A DNA stretch of 36,918 bases from Octopus bimaculoides (Eukaryota). This document shows positions 23,106-35,851 of the stretch, piece by piece (the stretch's first letter is position 1; each line of letters starts with the position of its first letter). The notes under the pieces are model-generated. The model saw nothing but the letters and a program-made list of their open reading frames with translations, was not told the origin of the DNA and did not search any database. The position numbers and the translations under genes are program-made. The stretch spans positions 23,536,585 to 23,573,502 of the forward strand of contig NC_068992.1 in the NCBI RefSeq assembly GCF_001194135.2, given 5' to 3'.

Positions 23106-23314
23106 CGTATATTTATATATATATATATATATNNNNNNNNNNNNNNNNNNNNNNNNNNNNNNNNNNNNNNNNNNNNNNNNNNNNNNNNNNNNNNNNNNNN
23201 NNNNNNNNNNNNNNNNNNNNNNNNNNNNNNNNNNNNNNNNNNNNNNNNNNNNNNNNNNNNNNNNNNNNNNNNNNNNNNNNNNNNNNNNNNNNNTTGTGTG
23301 TGTGTGTGTGTGTA

Positions 23315-23350
<36 letters not shown>

Positions 23351-23374
23351 TATATACCCATGATTTATCATTTG

Positions 23375-23720
23375 TGTATTACTTGTTTCAGCCATTACAC
23401 TGCGGCCAACTTGGGGCACCACCTTGCAGAATTTTTCGTAGAAAAAAATTGAACTGGTAATCCGGTACGCATTTGGTTTTATTAAACCGGTTATTGTTGT
23501 ATCTCTTCTTTTTCCGAACCACTAAGCCACGGAGCAGCAAATGCACTATTACACTTTGTTTAGCGATAATCGGCGACATAAAGACACACGCACGCGCGTA
23601 TAGCTGCATCCACACGCATATACATATCTATACCAAAGGCTTCCTTCAGTTTCCGTACAGAAGGCTTCGGTCGGCACGAGGCTATCATAGAAGATAGCTG
23701 CCTAAGGCACTTCGCAGGAA
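23375..23720 (-). mobile_element. SINE family A, old diverged copy
   Basis: ttacttgtttcagccattacactgcggccaacttggggcaccacc...ccgaaccactaag...ggcttccttcagtttccgtac...ggtcggcacgaggctatcatagaagatagctgcctaaggcac. Confidence 0.7.
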
Positions 23721-23884
23721 GGCTTGTTTCTATACCGGCTCAACTTGATAGCGGATATAGCATTCTTTACTTTCTGGAATGATCCCCTGTAAAGACATTG
23801 CAGTCTAAGTTTTAATCTTTAGAGCACTACTAAGTGTCTCCTATACAGAGAATTTCTTCATCTCACCTATGAACTATATATACG

Positions 23885-23931
<47 letters not shown>

Positions 23932-24349
23932 NNNNNNNNNNNNNNNNNNNNNNNNNNNNNNNNNNNNNNNNNNNNNNNNNNNNNNNNNNNNNNNNNNNNN
24001 NNNNNNNNNNNNNNNNNNNNNNNNNNNNNNNNNNNNNNNNNNNNNNNNNNNNNNNNNNNNNNNNNNNNNNNNNNNNNNNNNNNNNNNNNNNNNNNNNNNN
24101 NNNNNNNNNNNNNNNNNNNNNNNNNNNNNNNNNNNNNNNNNNNNNNNNNNNNNNNNNNNNNNNNNNNNNNNNNNNNNNNNNNNNNNNNNNNNNNNNNNNN
24201 NNNNNNNNNNNNNNNNNNNNNNNNNNNNNNNNNNNNNNNNNNNNNNNNNATATATATATGTATGTATGTATGTATATACATACACACACACACATACACA
24301 TATATACATACACACATATATGTATATATGCATACTTATGCTTATAAGA

Positions 24350-24403
<54 letters not shown>

Positions 24404-24779
24404 AACAGGTGTATGTGCCGAGGCTAAGAGAAGAGCTGATAAAATGTAATTTTGCCGGACTGCACCAGAACATCAAACAAGATTAGATAGATTCTGACAA
24501 TACTCCTGAGAATGCAAGATTCTGCTTCTATCCCAATATGTCATCGCTCTGCCAAAACCGTACGCATATGCGATTTTTGCACTACAGACTGCGGTGAAGG
24601 AAGACGGTTTGAATTAGTAGCAACACGTTATGTGATATTGTGAAACTCGAAATGAACTTTGATCGGCACTTCTCGGGTAAAACTTAAATCTCTTGGCGCA
24701 CATTTCTCTTTGCAAACGGTTTTTCTTTTATTTCAAATATAACATGATGTAAAATTATTGTCACCTGCTCGATGTAATA

Positions 24780-25000
24780 ATGATTTCAAGCTTTGGCACA
24801 ATGCCAGCAGTTTCAAGAGAGTATTACAATCGCGGTTATCGATCCCTGTCCTTAACGGATATTTATTTTACAGATGGCGAAATGATGAAGAGCAAAACCC
24901 AACTTGGTGGAACTTGAAGTCAGAACGTAAAGACAGATGAAATGACGCTAAAGCCTTTTGTCCGGCGTGCAAACCATTCTACCATCTTGCTGCCGTCTCA
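24780..25000 (-). mobile_element. SINE family B, old diverged copy
   Basis: cagaacgtaaagacagatgaaatgacgctaaagccttttgtccggcgtgcaaaccattctacca. Confidence 0.55.
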
Positions 25001-25924
25001 CGCTGTATAATAATCCTTTCTACTAGAGTCATAAAGGCCTGAAATGTTGGCTAAGTGCTCAACTGATTTTAACGACGGCGAATGGCTGCAAAGCAAAAAC
25101 GTCAGATGTCACTAAATTATTTTGCCAGTCGAGATAAACCTTTCTGCAGCTCCCAGCTTTCTGACCAAGTAGAATATTAAAACAAAAATAACTTACTGCA
25201 TGACCTTTACGTTGGTCATATTAAAAATCTGACAATTCTTCAAAGGAACTATTTCACTTAGGATATATATATATATATATATATANNNNNNNNNNNNNNN
25301 NNNNNNNNNNNNNNNNNNNNNNNNNNNNNNNNNNNNNNNNNNNNNNNNNNNNNNNNNNNNNNNNNNNNNNNNNNNNNNNNNNNNNNNNNNNNNNNNNNNN
25401 NNNNNNNNNNNNNNNNNNNNNNNNNNNNNNNNNNNNNNNNNNNNNNNNNNNNNNNNNNNNNNNNNNNNNNNNNNNNNNNNNNNNNNNNNNNNNNNNNNNN
25501 NNNNNNNNNNNNNNNNNNNNNNNNNNNNNNNNNNNNNNNNNNNNNNNNNNNNNNNNNNNNNNNNNNNNNNNNNNNNNNNNNNNNNNNNNNNNNNNNNNNN
25601 NNNNNNNNNNNNNNNNNNNNNNNNNNNNNNNNNNNNNNNNNNNNNNNNNNNNNNNNNNNNNNNNNNNNNNNNNNNNNNNNNNNNNNNNNNNNNNNNNNNN
25701 NNNNNNNNNNNNNNNNNNNNNNNNNNNNNNNNNNNNNNNNNNNNNNNNNNNNNNNNNNNNNNNNNNNNNNNNNNNNNNNNNNNNNNNNNNNNNNNNNNNN
25801 NNNNNNNNNNNNNNNNNNNNNNNNNNNNNNNNNNNNNNNNNNNNNNNNNNNNNNNNNNNNNNNNNNNNNNNNNNNNNNNNNNNNNNNNNNNNNNNNNNNN
25901 NNNNNNNNNNCAAACATACATACA

Positions 25925-25956
<32 letters not shown>

Positions 25957-26507
25957 AGCCTACATACATATAAACATGTATACATACATATCAACATGCC
26001 TACATACATACATAATTAAATGCATACATATACAGTGTATGTACGCAGATATTTCAGACTCTCTTTTCCAACTCTGTCACTGGAATCGCGCGTGGTGAGG
26101 TATGGCGTTACCCAGAGCAGCCACTCTTTGGCGTTTTGTTTACAGTAATGTGGATGTATCCTGCATACCAGATGGACACACACATACAAACACATATATA
26201 TCTCCACTCATATTTATATGCATACTCGCATATATGCATATAGATATGTGAGGATCGGTGTAAGTATGTAGTGGGTGTATGCATGTGCCCATGTGATTGA
26301 TGTATCAGCTGCCTTCAACATAGTTGTCACCCTTATTACTAAGTTCATTGATTTCGCGAAGAAAATATAAATCGTTTCTTAGCCTGTCAAACTTAATCTA
26401 GGGGATCACTAAAATATCCCAGCAAATGAAGTCCTACATTATATAGACAGAATTGTGCCAGTACCATGAATTGTTTTGGCAGAAAAAGTCCAGTAATAAT
26501 AATAATA

Positions 26508-26542
<35 letters not shown>

Positions 26543-27564
26543 AATGAATATATATGCATAACCATGTATATGTATATGCATACGTGTATATGTGTATATA
26601 TGTGTGTGAATGTGTATGTATATGTATATATANNNNNNNNNNNNNNNNNNNNNNNNNNNNNNNNNNNNNNNNNNNNNNNNNNNNNNNNNNNNNNNNNNNN
26701 NNNNNNNNNNNNNNNNNNNNNNNNNNNNNNNNNNNNNNNNNNNNNNNNNNNNNNNNNNNNNNNNNNNNNNNNNNNNNNNNNNNNNNNNNNNNNNNNNNNN
26801 NNNNNNNNNNNNNNNNNNNNNNNNNNNNNNNNNNNNNNNNNNNNNNNNNNNNNNNNNNNNNNNNNNNNNNNNNNNNNNNNNNNNNNNNNNNNNNNNNNNN
26901 NNNNNNNNNNNNNNNNNNNNNNNNNNNNNNNNNNNNNNNNNNNNNNNNNNNNNNNNNNNNNNNNNNNNNNNNNNNNNNNNNNNNNNNNNNNNNNNNNNNN
27001 NNNNNNNNNNNNNNNNNNNNNNNNNNNNNNNNNNNNNNNNNNNNNNNNNNNNNNNNNNNNNNNNNNNNNNNNNNNNNNNNNNNNNNTGTGAGGGAGATTC
27101 TGTGTGAGGTGTTGTGTCTTTAGTCGTATATATATATATGTATATTTATCTATAAATATCGATTCAATCTATATATTGGCAACGGACCAGTATCCGGAAC
27201 GGTACCTATTGTACAGAAATGAGTGACAGTAAGAGCAATTGGAAACGAGATAAGAAAAATGGGTGTCAGAATCTAATGAATGAAGATTAATGTGTATAGG
27301 TTATTAGATTGTGGTCTTATACGTTAAGGTTTCACCTCTACTGCCTTTTCATGCATCATGCAATTCAGAGTTATACGAACAAAATATTTATCGAATACGA
27401 TTTTTGATTAGTTTCTGATTGGTTTTACTCTTACGTTTGTTCAGTTGTTATCACATATTATTTTACATGTCATGTAGCACGTAGTAATTTTGATGCTGTG
27501 TCATGCAGTTGTGTTAATTTTATCATGATTATACAAGTAGGTAATTAGAAGTTGTTTATTTAAT

Positions 27565-27990
27565 TTTATACGATTTTGTACCCAAGAAGGTGTAAGGCCA
27601 TATCGGCGTAAGGGACTACAATGAAGGGAAAGAAGAGGGCTTAGAAATTCAAAAGATGTGGATGAGAAGACATCTCAAAGGACTGAATGCTACACTCCAC
27701 AGGAAAGCAGTTGATGATAATGAATTATAGACAGCAAGAGTTGAAAGAATGAAGATATTATTATTAGTATATAAAGATTTGCGACATGCAGGAAGCTCAA
27801 CAGGGGAACGGGTGACACGTTTACGGGTCCTTAACTGAGTAATGGATCAGAAAGATCATCAGAGCAATGAACATGGAAAGACATAAAGAAAAATACACAA
27901 CGAAGATACGTTTTGGTGATGAGCTGAAAACTGTAAACGAGTAGAAAGAGGAGGACCTACAATGTAGGCATCTTACTCCTGGATTGAAGC
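27565..27990 (+). mobile_element. Possible highly decayed LINE fragment
   Basis: Purine-rich, codon-like composition without an intact frame. No diagnostic motif was recognised. Confidence 0.25.
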
Positions 27991-28183
27991 GGACTGAACA
28001 AGTTTGTAACTAGCATTTAGTCCATTATTTACCGTATTTACATTATTTACATTTGACGGATATTTGTCCTCATCTTGTTTGTTGTTAACACAACGTTTCT
28101 TCATCAGGTGTCTTGGGCAAATTTCGAACCCGGGTTTTCATTCCTAAGGTATTTTTCGATGTTATTATTATTGTTATTGTTAT

Positions 28184-28257
28184 GGCATATGGCGTAGTAG
28201 TTAAGAACTTGGGCTACTAACTCCAATATTCCGAGTTCGATTTCAGGCAGTGACCTG
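28184..28257 (+). promoter_or_regulatory. tRNA-like head with Pol III A and B boxes
   Basis: A-box-like TGGCGTAGTAG (28190-28200), B-box-like GTTCGATTTC (28235-28244) and an anticodon-loop-like CT-ACT-AA. No complete acceptor stem was confirmed, so this is not called a tRNA gene. Confidence 0.7.
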
Positions 28258-28276
28258 AATAATAATAATAATAATA

Positions 28277-28313
<37 letters not shown>

Positions 28314-28367
28314 TAATAACATCGAAAAATACCTTAAGAATGAGAAACCATGTTTGAAATTTCACAA

Positions 28368-28413
28368 GACACCTGACGAAGGCTAGAGGGTATATCAGCC
28401 GAAACGCTGTGTT
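28368..28413 (+). ncRNA. Minimal type I hammerhead ribozyme motif, degenerate (cleavage triplet GCU)
   Basis: GACAC-CUGACGA-A-GGCUA(GAGGGUAUAU)CAGCC-GAAAC-GCU-GUGUU. The core is intact except U16.1 to C. Confidence 0.65.
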
Positions 28414-28556
28414 AACAACAAACAAGATGAGTACAAATATCCGTCAAATGTAAATGATGGAAATAATTTCCGTAATTTCTCATCTCTTAAATATAGAATT
28501 TTAGCATTTAGTTGATGAACACTATCTATGATATACTCCTTCACTCTATTTTATTG

Positions 28557-28915
28557 TTCCAGACATTTGACTGTGTCCATGCTGGAGTACCGCCTTTGGT
28601 CGAACAAATCAATCCCAGAACTTATTCTTTGTTAGCCTAGTACTTATTCCAACGGTTTCTTTTTGCCGAACCGCTGATTTACGTGGACGTAATCACACCA
28701 ACACCGGGTATTCTGTGACAGGCGGAACAAACATATACATATATATATATATATATATATACCACGAGCTTCTTTCAGTTTCCGTCTACCAACGTACCAA
28801 ATCTACTCACAAGGCTTTGGTCAGCCCAACGCTATACTAGAAGACACTTGCGCAGAGTGCCACGCAGTGGGACTGAACTCGGAACCATGTCGTTTGGAAG
28901 CATCTTCTTACCAGA
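28557..28915 (-). mobile_element. SINE family A, near full length
   Basis: catttgactgtgtccatgctggagtaccgcc...(TA)n...gagcttctttcagtttccgtctacc...gtgccacgcagtgggactgaactcggaaccatgt...cttcttacca. Confidence 0.9.
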
Positions 28916-29585
28916 CATATAGTCTTTATCTTGAGTCCCATTTGAAAATGTGTCATATTTTTAAAAAGATATTTGCGAGTGATTAGTGGGAGCGGACTGA
29001 CTGCACAGTATTCTCAGATATATATCATAAGAATTAGCGTTCTAATTTCAAAGTCGAAGAAGACTTTGAGCCGAAAACACGATGTTCCANNNNNNNNNNN
29101 NNNNNNNNNNNNNNNNNNNNNNNNNNNNNNNNNNNNNNNNNNNNNNNNNNNNNNNNNNNNNNNNNNNNNNNNNNNNNNNNNNNNNNNNNNNNNNNNNNNN
29201 NNNNNNNNNNNNNNNNNNNNGGGGGGTATATATAATTATGTTATTATTGTGGCTGTCATCATCATCGTCGTCGTCATCATCGCCAGTGTTGTCGTCGTCG
29301 CTGTTGTTGTTGTTTTCTTCGTGGTCGCTGCATTTGCGTTCGTAATTAAACTACTGATCGCTCCGAACTGAGTCGACTTGTATGAAACGGTACTCCTGCA
29401 AAGACTTGCCCTTATCATTTAAGGCTTTGCCTATCTATACGTATATCATTCTATGAGACACTCATTCTTCAAAGTGTGGGTTGGAGATTTGCCTCCTATT
29501 TCTAGCAGCTGAACTACAAACTGCTTCATTGGTTCTTAGCACGACGGTCAATATCTTTTCTGTATCAAGATTATAAAACGTAATA

Positions 29586-29800
29586 AGGCGACGAACTTAC
29601 AGAGTCGTCAGTACACCGAATAAACGCTAAGCGGTATTTCGCACGTCTTTATGTTCTGAATTCAAATGTCGCCAGGGTCGATTTTTATCTTTTATCGTTT
29701 CGGTCTCAGTACAATAAGTGCCAGTTAAGCACTGGATTCAATGTAATCGACTTAGCCCCTCTTTAGAATTGCTAACTTTGTGCCAAAATTTGGAAACAAT
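29586..29800 (+). mobile_element. SINE family B, diverged
   Basis: aaggcgacgaac...ctaagcggtatttcg...gttctgaattcaaatgtcgccagggtcgat...aagtgccagttaagcactggattcaatgtaatcgacttagcccc. Confidence 0.75.
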
Positions 29801-29979
29801 ATTATAAGCCGCAGTCAAGATACTTTATATCTCAGTAACGTAGAGAAATACAAATTCAACCGACACTATTCTCACTATAAAAGTCAAAAGGATACGTGAT
29901 TTTAAGACATCAATTATTTGACATTTTCTATTTCAATACGATTATTACAAAGAGCAGACGAAAGTGTATTTATCATTCT

Positions 29980-30246
29980 TTTACTTTCTTCAGTTATTTG
30001 ACTGAAGGACATCTTCTTTGTAAGCCTAGTACTTATTCCATTGGTCTGTTTTGCCGAGTCACCAAGTAACGGGAACGCAAACACACCAACATAGGTTGAC
30101 AAGATATGGTGTGGGGATACGCAGATACATGCATATATACATATGTATACGACGGGTTTCTTTCTGTTTCTGTCTACCAAATCCACTCACAAAGTTTGGG
30201 TTGGCTATAGTAGAATATACTTGCGCAATGTACCAAGAACCCGGAA

Positions 30247-30250
<4 letters not shown>
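29980..30250 (-). mobile_element. SINE family A, partial
   Basis: tctttgtaagcctagtacttattccattggtctgttttgccga...acgacgggtttctttctgtttctgtctaccaaatccactcacaa...ccggaaccat. Confidence 0.8.
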
Positions 30251-30281
<31 letters not shown>

Positions 30282-32807
30282 TGTATGTATGTATGTATGT
30301 ATGTATGTATGTATATTCATCAATACAAATACGTACATATACGAACGTATACATACATATATATGCACACAACCCTAGTTAAGGGGTAAGACCTGCTGAT
30401 GAGGAATGAGAGCAACAACCTAAAAAGATCGAAATCATATGATACACGAATAACTCTTGCCTCATTTGCGACTATTAGCCGCGATGGTAAGTTAATTTCT
30501 TTCCTTGTCCCTCGGTTTTTGCCTGTCTGTTATGCTTTATGCTTTCAATGAATGGTCAAAGAGTACTTTTCGGCTCATATTTATTTACAGCAACGCTGAT
30601 GCCTCATGTATCCTTAATTATGATTATGAATTAATTATATAATTAATATGTGTGTGTGTGTATCAGTCTTTTTGGCATTTTCAAAGGGCCACAAGGTATG
30701 AGACGTACCGCGTATTACATAACTGTGTTTTGATGAATTTCTCAGGTTTCTCAAGAAACTTATTGTTATTGATTCTCTACTGGATTATAATCCGGCAAAA
30801 ATAACATTAGTCTTCTCGTAATAACTTAAGTTATCCACAATCAAGAAAGTCAGTGCCTTATTGTTAACGACGCAGATCCTAAATAATTTTCCCTAATGTT
30901 TATTTAATGATTTTCCTTGTCGTTCCTAATGAGCTTCGGGTCAGTGTTAACCGAGCAGTCATATAATCAATCTATGTGTATTCCTTTAAAAAAAATAAAT
31001 AAATAGAAAAAAAAAACCTAATGCGTTTCTTAAAGCATGAGATGTGATTTGAGCGAAAGTCGGCGGCATAAAGATTCCCTGATTGGTTCATATTTAATGT
31101 TTTACTTTGTGGTATTAATCAGAGAGTTGGTTCACTTTCATCTCTACAATCCTTCCCTCTAAAAAATAACATTTCTGGATTTTGAGCAAAATTATGTGTG
31201 AATCTATATTGGGAATCACTCTTGCTTTATGTTGTTGTTATTTTCCTTTTAATGTGTTTTAGTATACTGGATTTTAGCTATAGAATTGCTATATGAAAGA
31301 ATCAACAATACATCTCTATAATTGTTCAGGAGTAATAAACACATGTATCTTTCTGATTACACTTCGTGCCTATCGATTTTCAGAATACTTCCACACAGTT
31401 CCCCTTAGCGTTTCATCCGCATGATAATTAAGGGATAAATCTATTCTATGTTCAAAATATTGCAAATGAGATAAAAATTTCTGACGCAAGATTTATTAAC
31501 ATAAGTTTTTCTTTCAAACAATGTGCAATCTGTTTGAACAGGGTGTTCCCATCAACACGTTTAAATAAGATTCACCATTAATTTTACTTTTCAATTTGTT
31601 TATTGTTGATCAGAAATAATCATTTTCTATACAATTTAAAAAAAAAAGAATCAAATAACAAAAAATAAAAAAAAACCAACGTTTTTCTATTAGTTTCAGT
31701 AGCCTGATGTCTTTCCCAAAGCGTTTCCTTCATCTCTTTCATTTGTTCTGATTCCGACCCAATTTAAAAAACAAAATATTTCTAATTGCTTCTTAGTTGT
31801 TTCGCTGAGCTGATGGTATGAATATCTTTTACAGTTATTATTTTACGTGTTTCGGCTTCTTCCATTCATTTACATCCATTGTGTTAGTGTGTTATGATTT
31901 TCTTTAATTTATAGCTGCTAAATGCTAGTGCTAACCACAACATTCTACGCAGCCACACTCCACACTTACGCGTACACGAACGCACCGCTTATCTTCTCGT
32001 CCTCCAAACGGTTGCTTACATTTTTCCTTTCTTTCTCCGGTTTCTTTACATTCATTACAATATCACACGGTCCTCTCTTAATGTGTAAATTGCTCACAAC
32101 TGAATACGTTGCACTCTTTTACCCATGCAAAATACTTCTTTAGAAATGCTGGTCATGACTTTACAGACGAACACATATACATCCACATATAATCAGACAC
32201 AGACATATACACATGCACACACTACACGCTGCATGCGTACACCAGCATGTTCATACATATAATATACAGGCATACAGTATGCCCAGTGACTGCAAACCTG
32301 TATATAGATATAGATATATATGCATACGAAGTAAAAATATAAGTAATATGTTGTTGAAAACATAGGCATTCATATACAATGTCTCTCACACAAATAATCA
32401 GATGCAGCTATATGGATATAATTGTGTGTATGTTTGCGCATGAGTACGTGCGTGTATGTACGTATGTTTGTATGCGCGTGTGTGTGTGAGTGCTTGCGTT
32501 TATGGGTTACGTTTATGGTCTGACGGTTAGCTTCGTAATATGTGTCTATATCACCGACAACCTGTAACTATAGAAAGATGGATGGAGAAGTAATTAGATT
32601 GATAATTACTGTAGAACGTCAGGTGTGTGGAATCAGTAATAGCGTTGGATTTAGCTAACTAATAAGAGGTTAATAACATGGCCCTAATACAGAGAGGAAG
32701 TGAAATATTATATTGGCAGAAACACCGTCCTCCGGGTGGATTCCTGCTGCTGTATGTTACGTTGCCTCTAACGAAACTGCTGCAATATGTATATATTACA
32801 ATATACA

Positions 32808-33460
32808 TACAGGGTACGATGGGTAAATTGTCGCCATTTTATACTTTTTAATTTCGCGTATGTGCAATGTTTGTTTTTTGATTTTATCGACTACACATTC
32901 TGGTACCATTAGTTGTCACGCAAAGCTGATGGCCACGGGCTCTGTGAACGATGCAAGAAGAAGTGGCCGTCCAACCACATCCCCGTCAGCGGAAGACGTG
33001 CTAAAGGTGCAGGATATGTTTAAACGCAACCCGCAAAATTCATCACGACAAGCAGCTCGTCAAAATGGACTAACAAGACACACAATACATACGGCGTTGC
33101 ATAAAGAATTGAATTTTCGTACGTGGAAAACCCATTACGTGCAGAAGCTAAAACTTGAAGACTGACCGCACAGATCCAGATGTCCATGACTCCGAGAAGG
33201 ACAGATCTCACTCCAGTGATTTTTACCTGTGGGGTTACACGAAAGAGGATGTGTACAAGACAAAAGCTCGCAGACTGGAGGACTTGGAGTCACGGATTCA
33301 GGAGGTTCTCAGTTATATCCCAGATGACGTCCTTCAGAAGGTTGTTAATTCCATCCTTGGCCTTTTACGGAAAATGGTTCACGCCACCAGTGCTTAAGTT
33401 AATATATGAAGATTTACGTTTGTTTTGTCATGGAATAAAGAGCATGCATCATTTGTTTCA
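32808..33460 (+). mobile_element. Tc1/mariner-superfamily element (maT/Tc3-like), internally deleted, 3' TIR not seen
   Basis: TA-cagggt terminus at 32808. N-terminal HTH-type segment KLMATGSVNDARRSGRP...SSRQAARQNGL...LHKELNFRTWK..VQKL is joined directly to C-terminal RS.DLTPVxFYLWGYTKEDVYKTK..LEDLESRI. Confidence 0.8.
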
Positions 33461-33486
33461 ATACGCACACACACACACACATACAC

Positions 33487-33526
<40 letters not shown>

Positions 33527-33620
33527 GGATATATATANNNNNNNNNNNNNNNNNNNNNNNNNNNNNNNNNNNNNNNNNNNNNNNNNNNNNNNNNNNNNNN
33601 NNNNNNNNNNNNNNNNNNNN

Positions 33621-33657
<37 letters not shown>

Positions 33658-34449
33658 TTATAGCATGATACAATGTCCAGTGTAGCTCTATATGATTTGA
33701 CAAAAACATTGAAACTTATATTATAATTGATTGTATTGGAAGTTTATAATTTCAACAATGTGATTTAAAGGGTTTGTCATTCTTGTCATCATGCATAACA
33801 ATATTAAAATTCTCTGAAGCTTATATTGCCATAGCTGCTCTGAAATTACGTTTATATGTATTGTATTGGTTGAAGCTATCTTGAATGGCTTTTAAAATCT
33901 CACCACTTAAATTTGTAGGTTGCAGACAATTCTGACCTTTATTATATGTGTCTTGAGCAAAGTTCAGTTCTTGCCATTTGGTGTTGGTGATCCGAACAAT
34001 AGTCAAAACATTCCCTGCACTTTAAGTGAATTAAATAAGGGGATCTGATTTCTCTATAATTTAAAGAATCCAATGCGTGTGCATCGCTTTATATTTGAGG
34101 TAAGAGTTTTTCTGTATGAGCAACATCGAAGTGCATAAGATGGAAGAAGGTGTAGTTTGTCCGGCTTTACCTCTCATTCAGAGCAACACAGAGATTTCAA
34201 TTCACCTGTTCATCTGTAAGACTTGCATCCTGAGCAAACATCGTCGAGGAGACTCTTTGTATTATGTTCACATATAACAGGCAGGAGATCCTTATTAATG
34301 TTTGTATCTCACTACTAATTCCAAGAAATATTTTGTCTGCATATCCTGTCTGTTTGATGATGATTATCAATTGGCAGCTAAATAGCTATAAGTAAATTAT
34401 TCTTTTGGGATACCCTAGCCAATTTGTCATGTATTACAGAAATAGACTA

Positions 34450-34720
34450 ATATCAATTTCGACGGAGAATATAAGTCGATTTCATCATCTCCCAACGCTC
34501 AACTGTTAATTATTTTACTGACCGCGAAAGGATGAAAGAAAAAGTTGAGTTACGGGGACTGAACATAAATAAATTATCAATTTCAAATGTTCCCACAAGT
34601 CCAGTAATTTCAAGGAAGTTTATAAATCAATCACATCGACCCCGGTATTCAACTGGTACTTATTTTATCTATTCCAGAATGATGTCAGGTACGATCGACC
34701 ACGGGGGAATAAAAACAAAC
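34450..34720 (-). mobile_element. SINE family B fragments, diverged
   Basis: tactgaccgcgaaaggatgaaagaaaaagttgag and atcacatcgaccccggtattcaactggtacttattttatc. Confidence 0.55.
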
Positions 34721-34861
34721 TTCTTAACGCATCATATACATCGTTACCAACAGTTTTGCCCGTGTTCCATTCTTCATTTATCGAGCCTGAAACAAATGAA
34801 ATTAAAAATTGTCTTTGGTGGAATCTGAAATCAAAACGAAAGGAGACGGAACAGCTACTCA

Positions 34862-34990
34862 ATTAAATTCCGCCGAGGTTGACTTTGCCTTTCATCCTTT
34901 CGGGGTCGATTAAATTAGTACCAGTTACGTACTGGAGTCGATGTAATAGACTAGCCCCCTCCCCCAAATTTCCAAGCCTTGTCCCAATAA
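34862..34990 (+). mobile_element. SINE family B, 5'-truncated
   Basis: aaattccgccgaggttgactttgcctttcatcctttcggggtcgattaaattagtaccagttacgtactggagtcgatgtaatagactagcccc. Confidence 0.9.
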
Positions 34991-35631
34991 TTCCAAGCCT
35001 ATAATTCCTATAATTCAAAGCCTTGCCCGATTTGTTTAGCAGTTTGAAATTTCTAACAAATAACCACTGATACATGCCTGGTAACCTAAAACAACGTTAG
35101 ACGAATACCATATTCAAAGTCACAACGCAAAGCTCTCAACAGTAATCGAACACATGAACTTTTAATATTGAACACCGGTCTAGAATAGCCTGCAAATGTT
35201 ATGAGTGCAACTCTTTAATCTAGACTTCATAGGTAGAAAATATGTCTACAATTATTACATGTAACTGTATACATCAAAATAAATTGCTTGTGAGGATGAA
35301 ATTTTTTTTATGTAAACACACTTATCCATCTGTTCTTGCATTTTCTATAAAAATTACTCTACTTTGTTTTTTTTGTGTTTGTTTACATAAGCTACCTCAA
35401 GACTATCGGTTGCCAGTTATTTGATTGGAGGAGAGACCTCCTAGGGGTATTCATTTCGTTCTCTGTCTACATCACACTGAAGTGAACTACGTGCTGTATA
35501 CATACGAGGCCAATAGAGGAATTGCCAATCCGTTACGGAGCTCAATTCCTACCCTCTTTACGCATCTCTCACTCTGACTATATATACGTGCGTACGTGCG
35601 CGTGTGTGTTTGGTTGTGTGCGTACACACAC

Positions 35632-35851
35632 ATGAGTGGGTGCTGAAAAGTTCCTGGCTTTGGGTAAAATAAAATGTATGAGGAGCAGTTACTTACGATT
35701 TTATTCAATATATTCGCCGCCCAAACCCACACACTTATTGCAGTCGTCCTTCAGTTTTTTCTAAGCCTTCTAAAAGAATACTGAAGGTTGGGATTCCAAA
35801 GAGTCCTTTCATGACACCCTTGAAGTCAAGACATTTTCAGCACCCTCTCGT
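35632..35851. mobile_element. Mariner-type MITE (~220 bp)
   Basis: Left atgagtgggtgctgaaaagttcctggctt matches the reverse complement of right aagtcaagacattttcagcaccctctcgt (~29-bp imperfect TIR). No coding capacity. Confidence 0.75.

Larger units (their letters stand above)
28029..28498 (+). mobile_element. tRNA-headed, hammerhead-tailed unit (complete, +) preceded by an inverted partial copy of its tail
   Basis: 28029-28182 is the inverted tail plus (TTA)n, 28184-28257 the tRNA-like head, ~28258-28319 the (AAT)n tract and 28320-28498 the tail. Homologous to 9124-9693. Confidence 0.85.

Noticed and set aside
28184-28257. Possible bona fide tRNA-Ser gene
   Set aside because: The A box is imperfect, no convincing acceptor stem was found, and it is embedded in a repeated element. 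Treated as a tRNA-derived head.
30395-30440. CTGATGA...GAAA spacing
   Set aside because: No credible stem II, no GUH site and no stem I.
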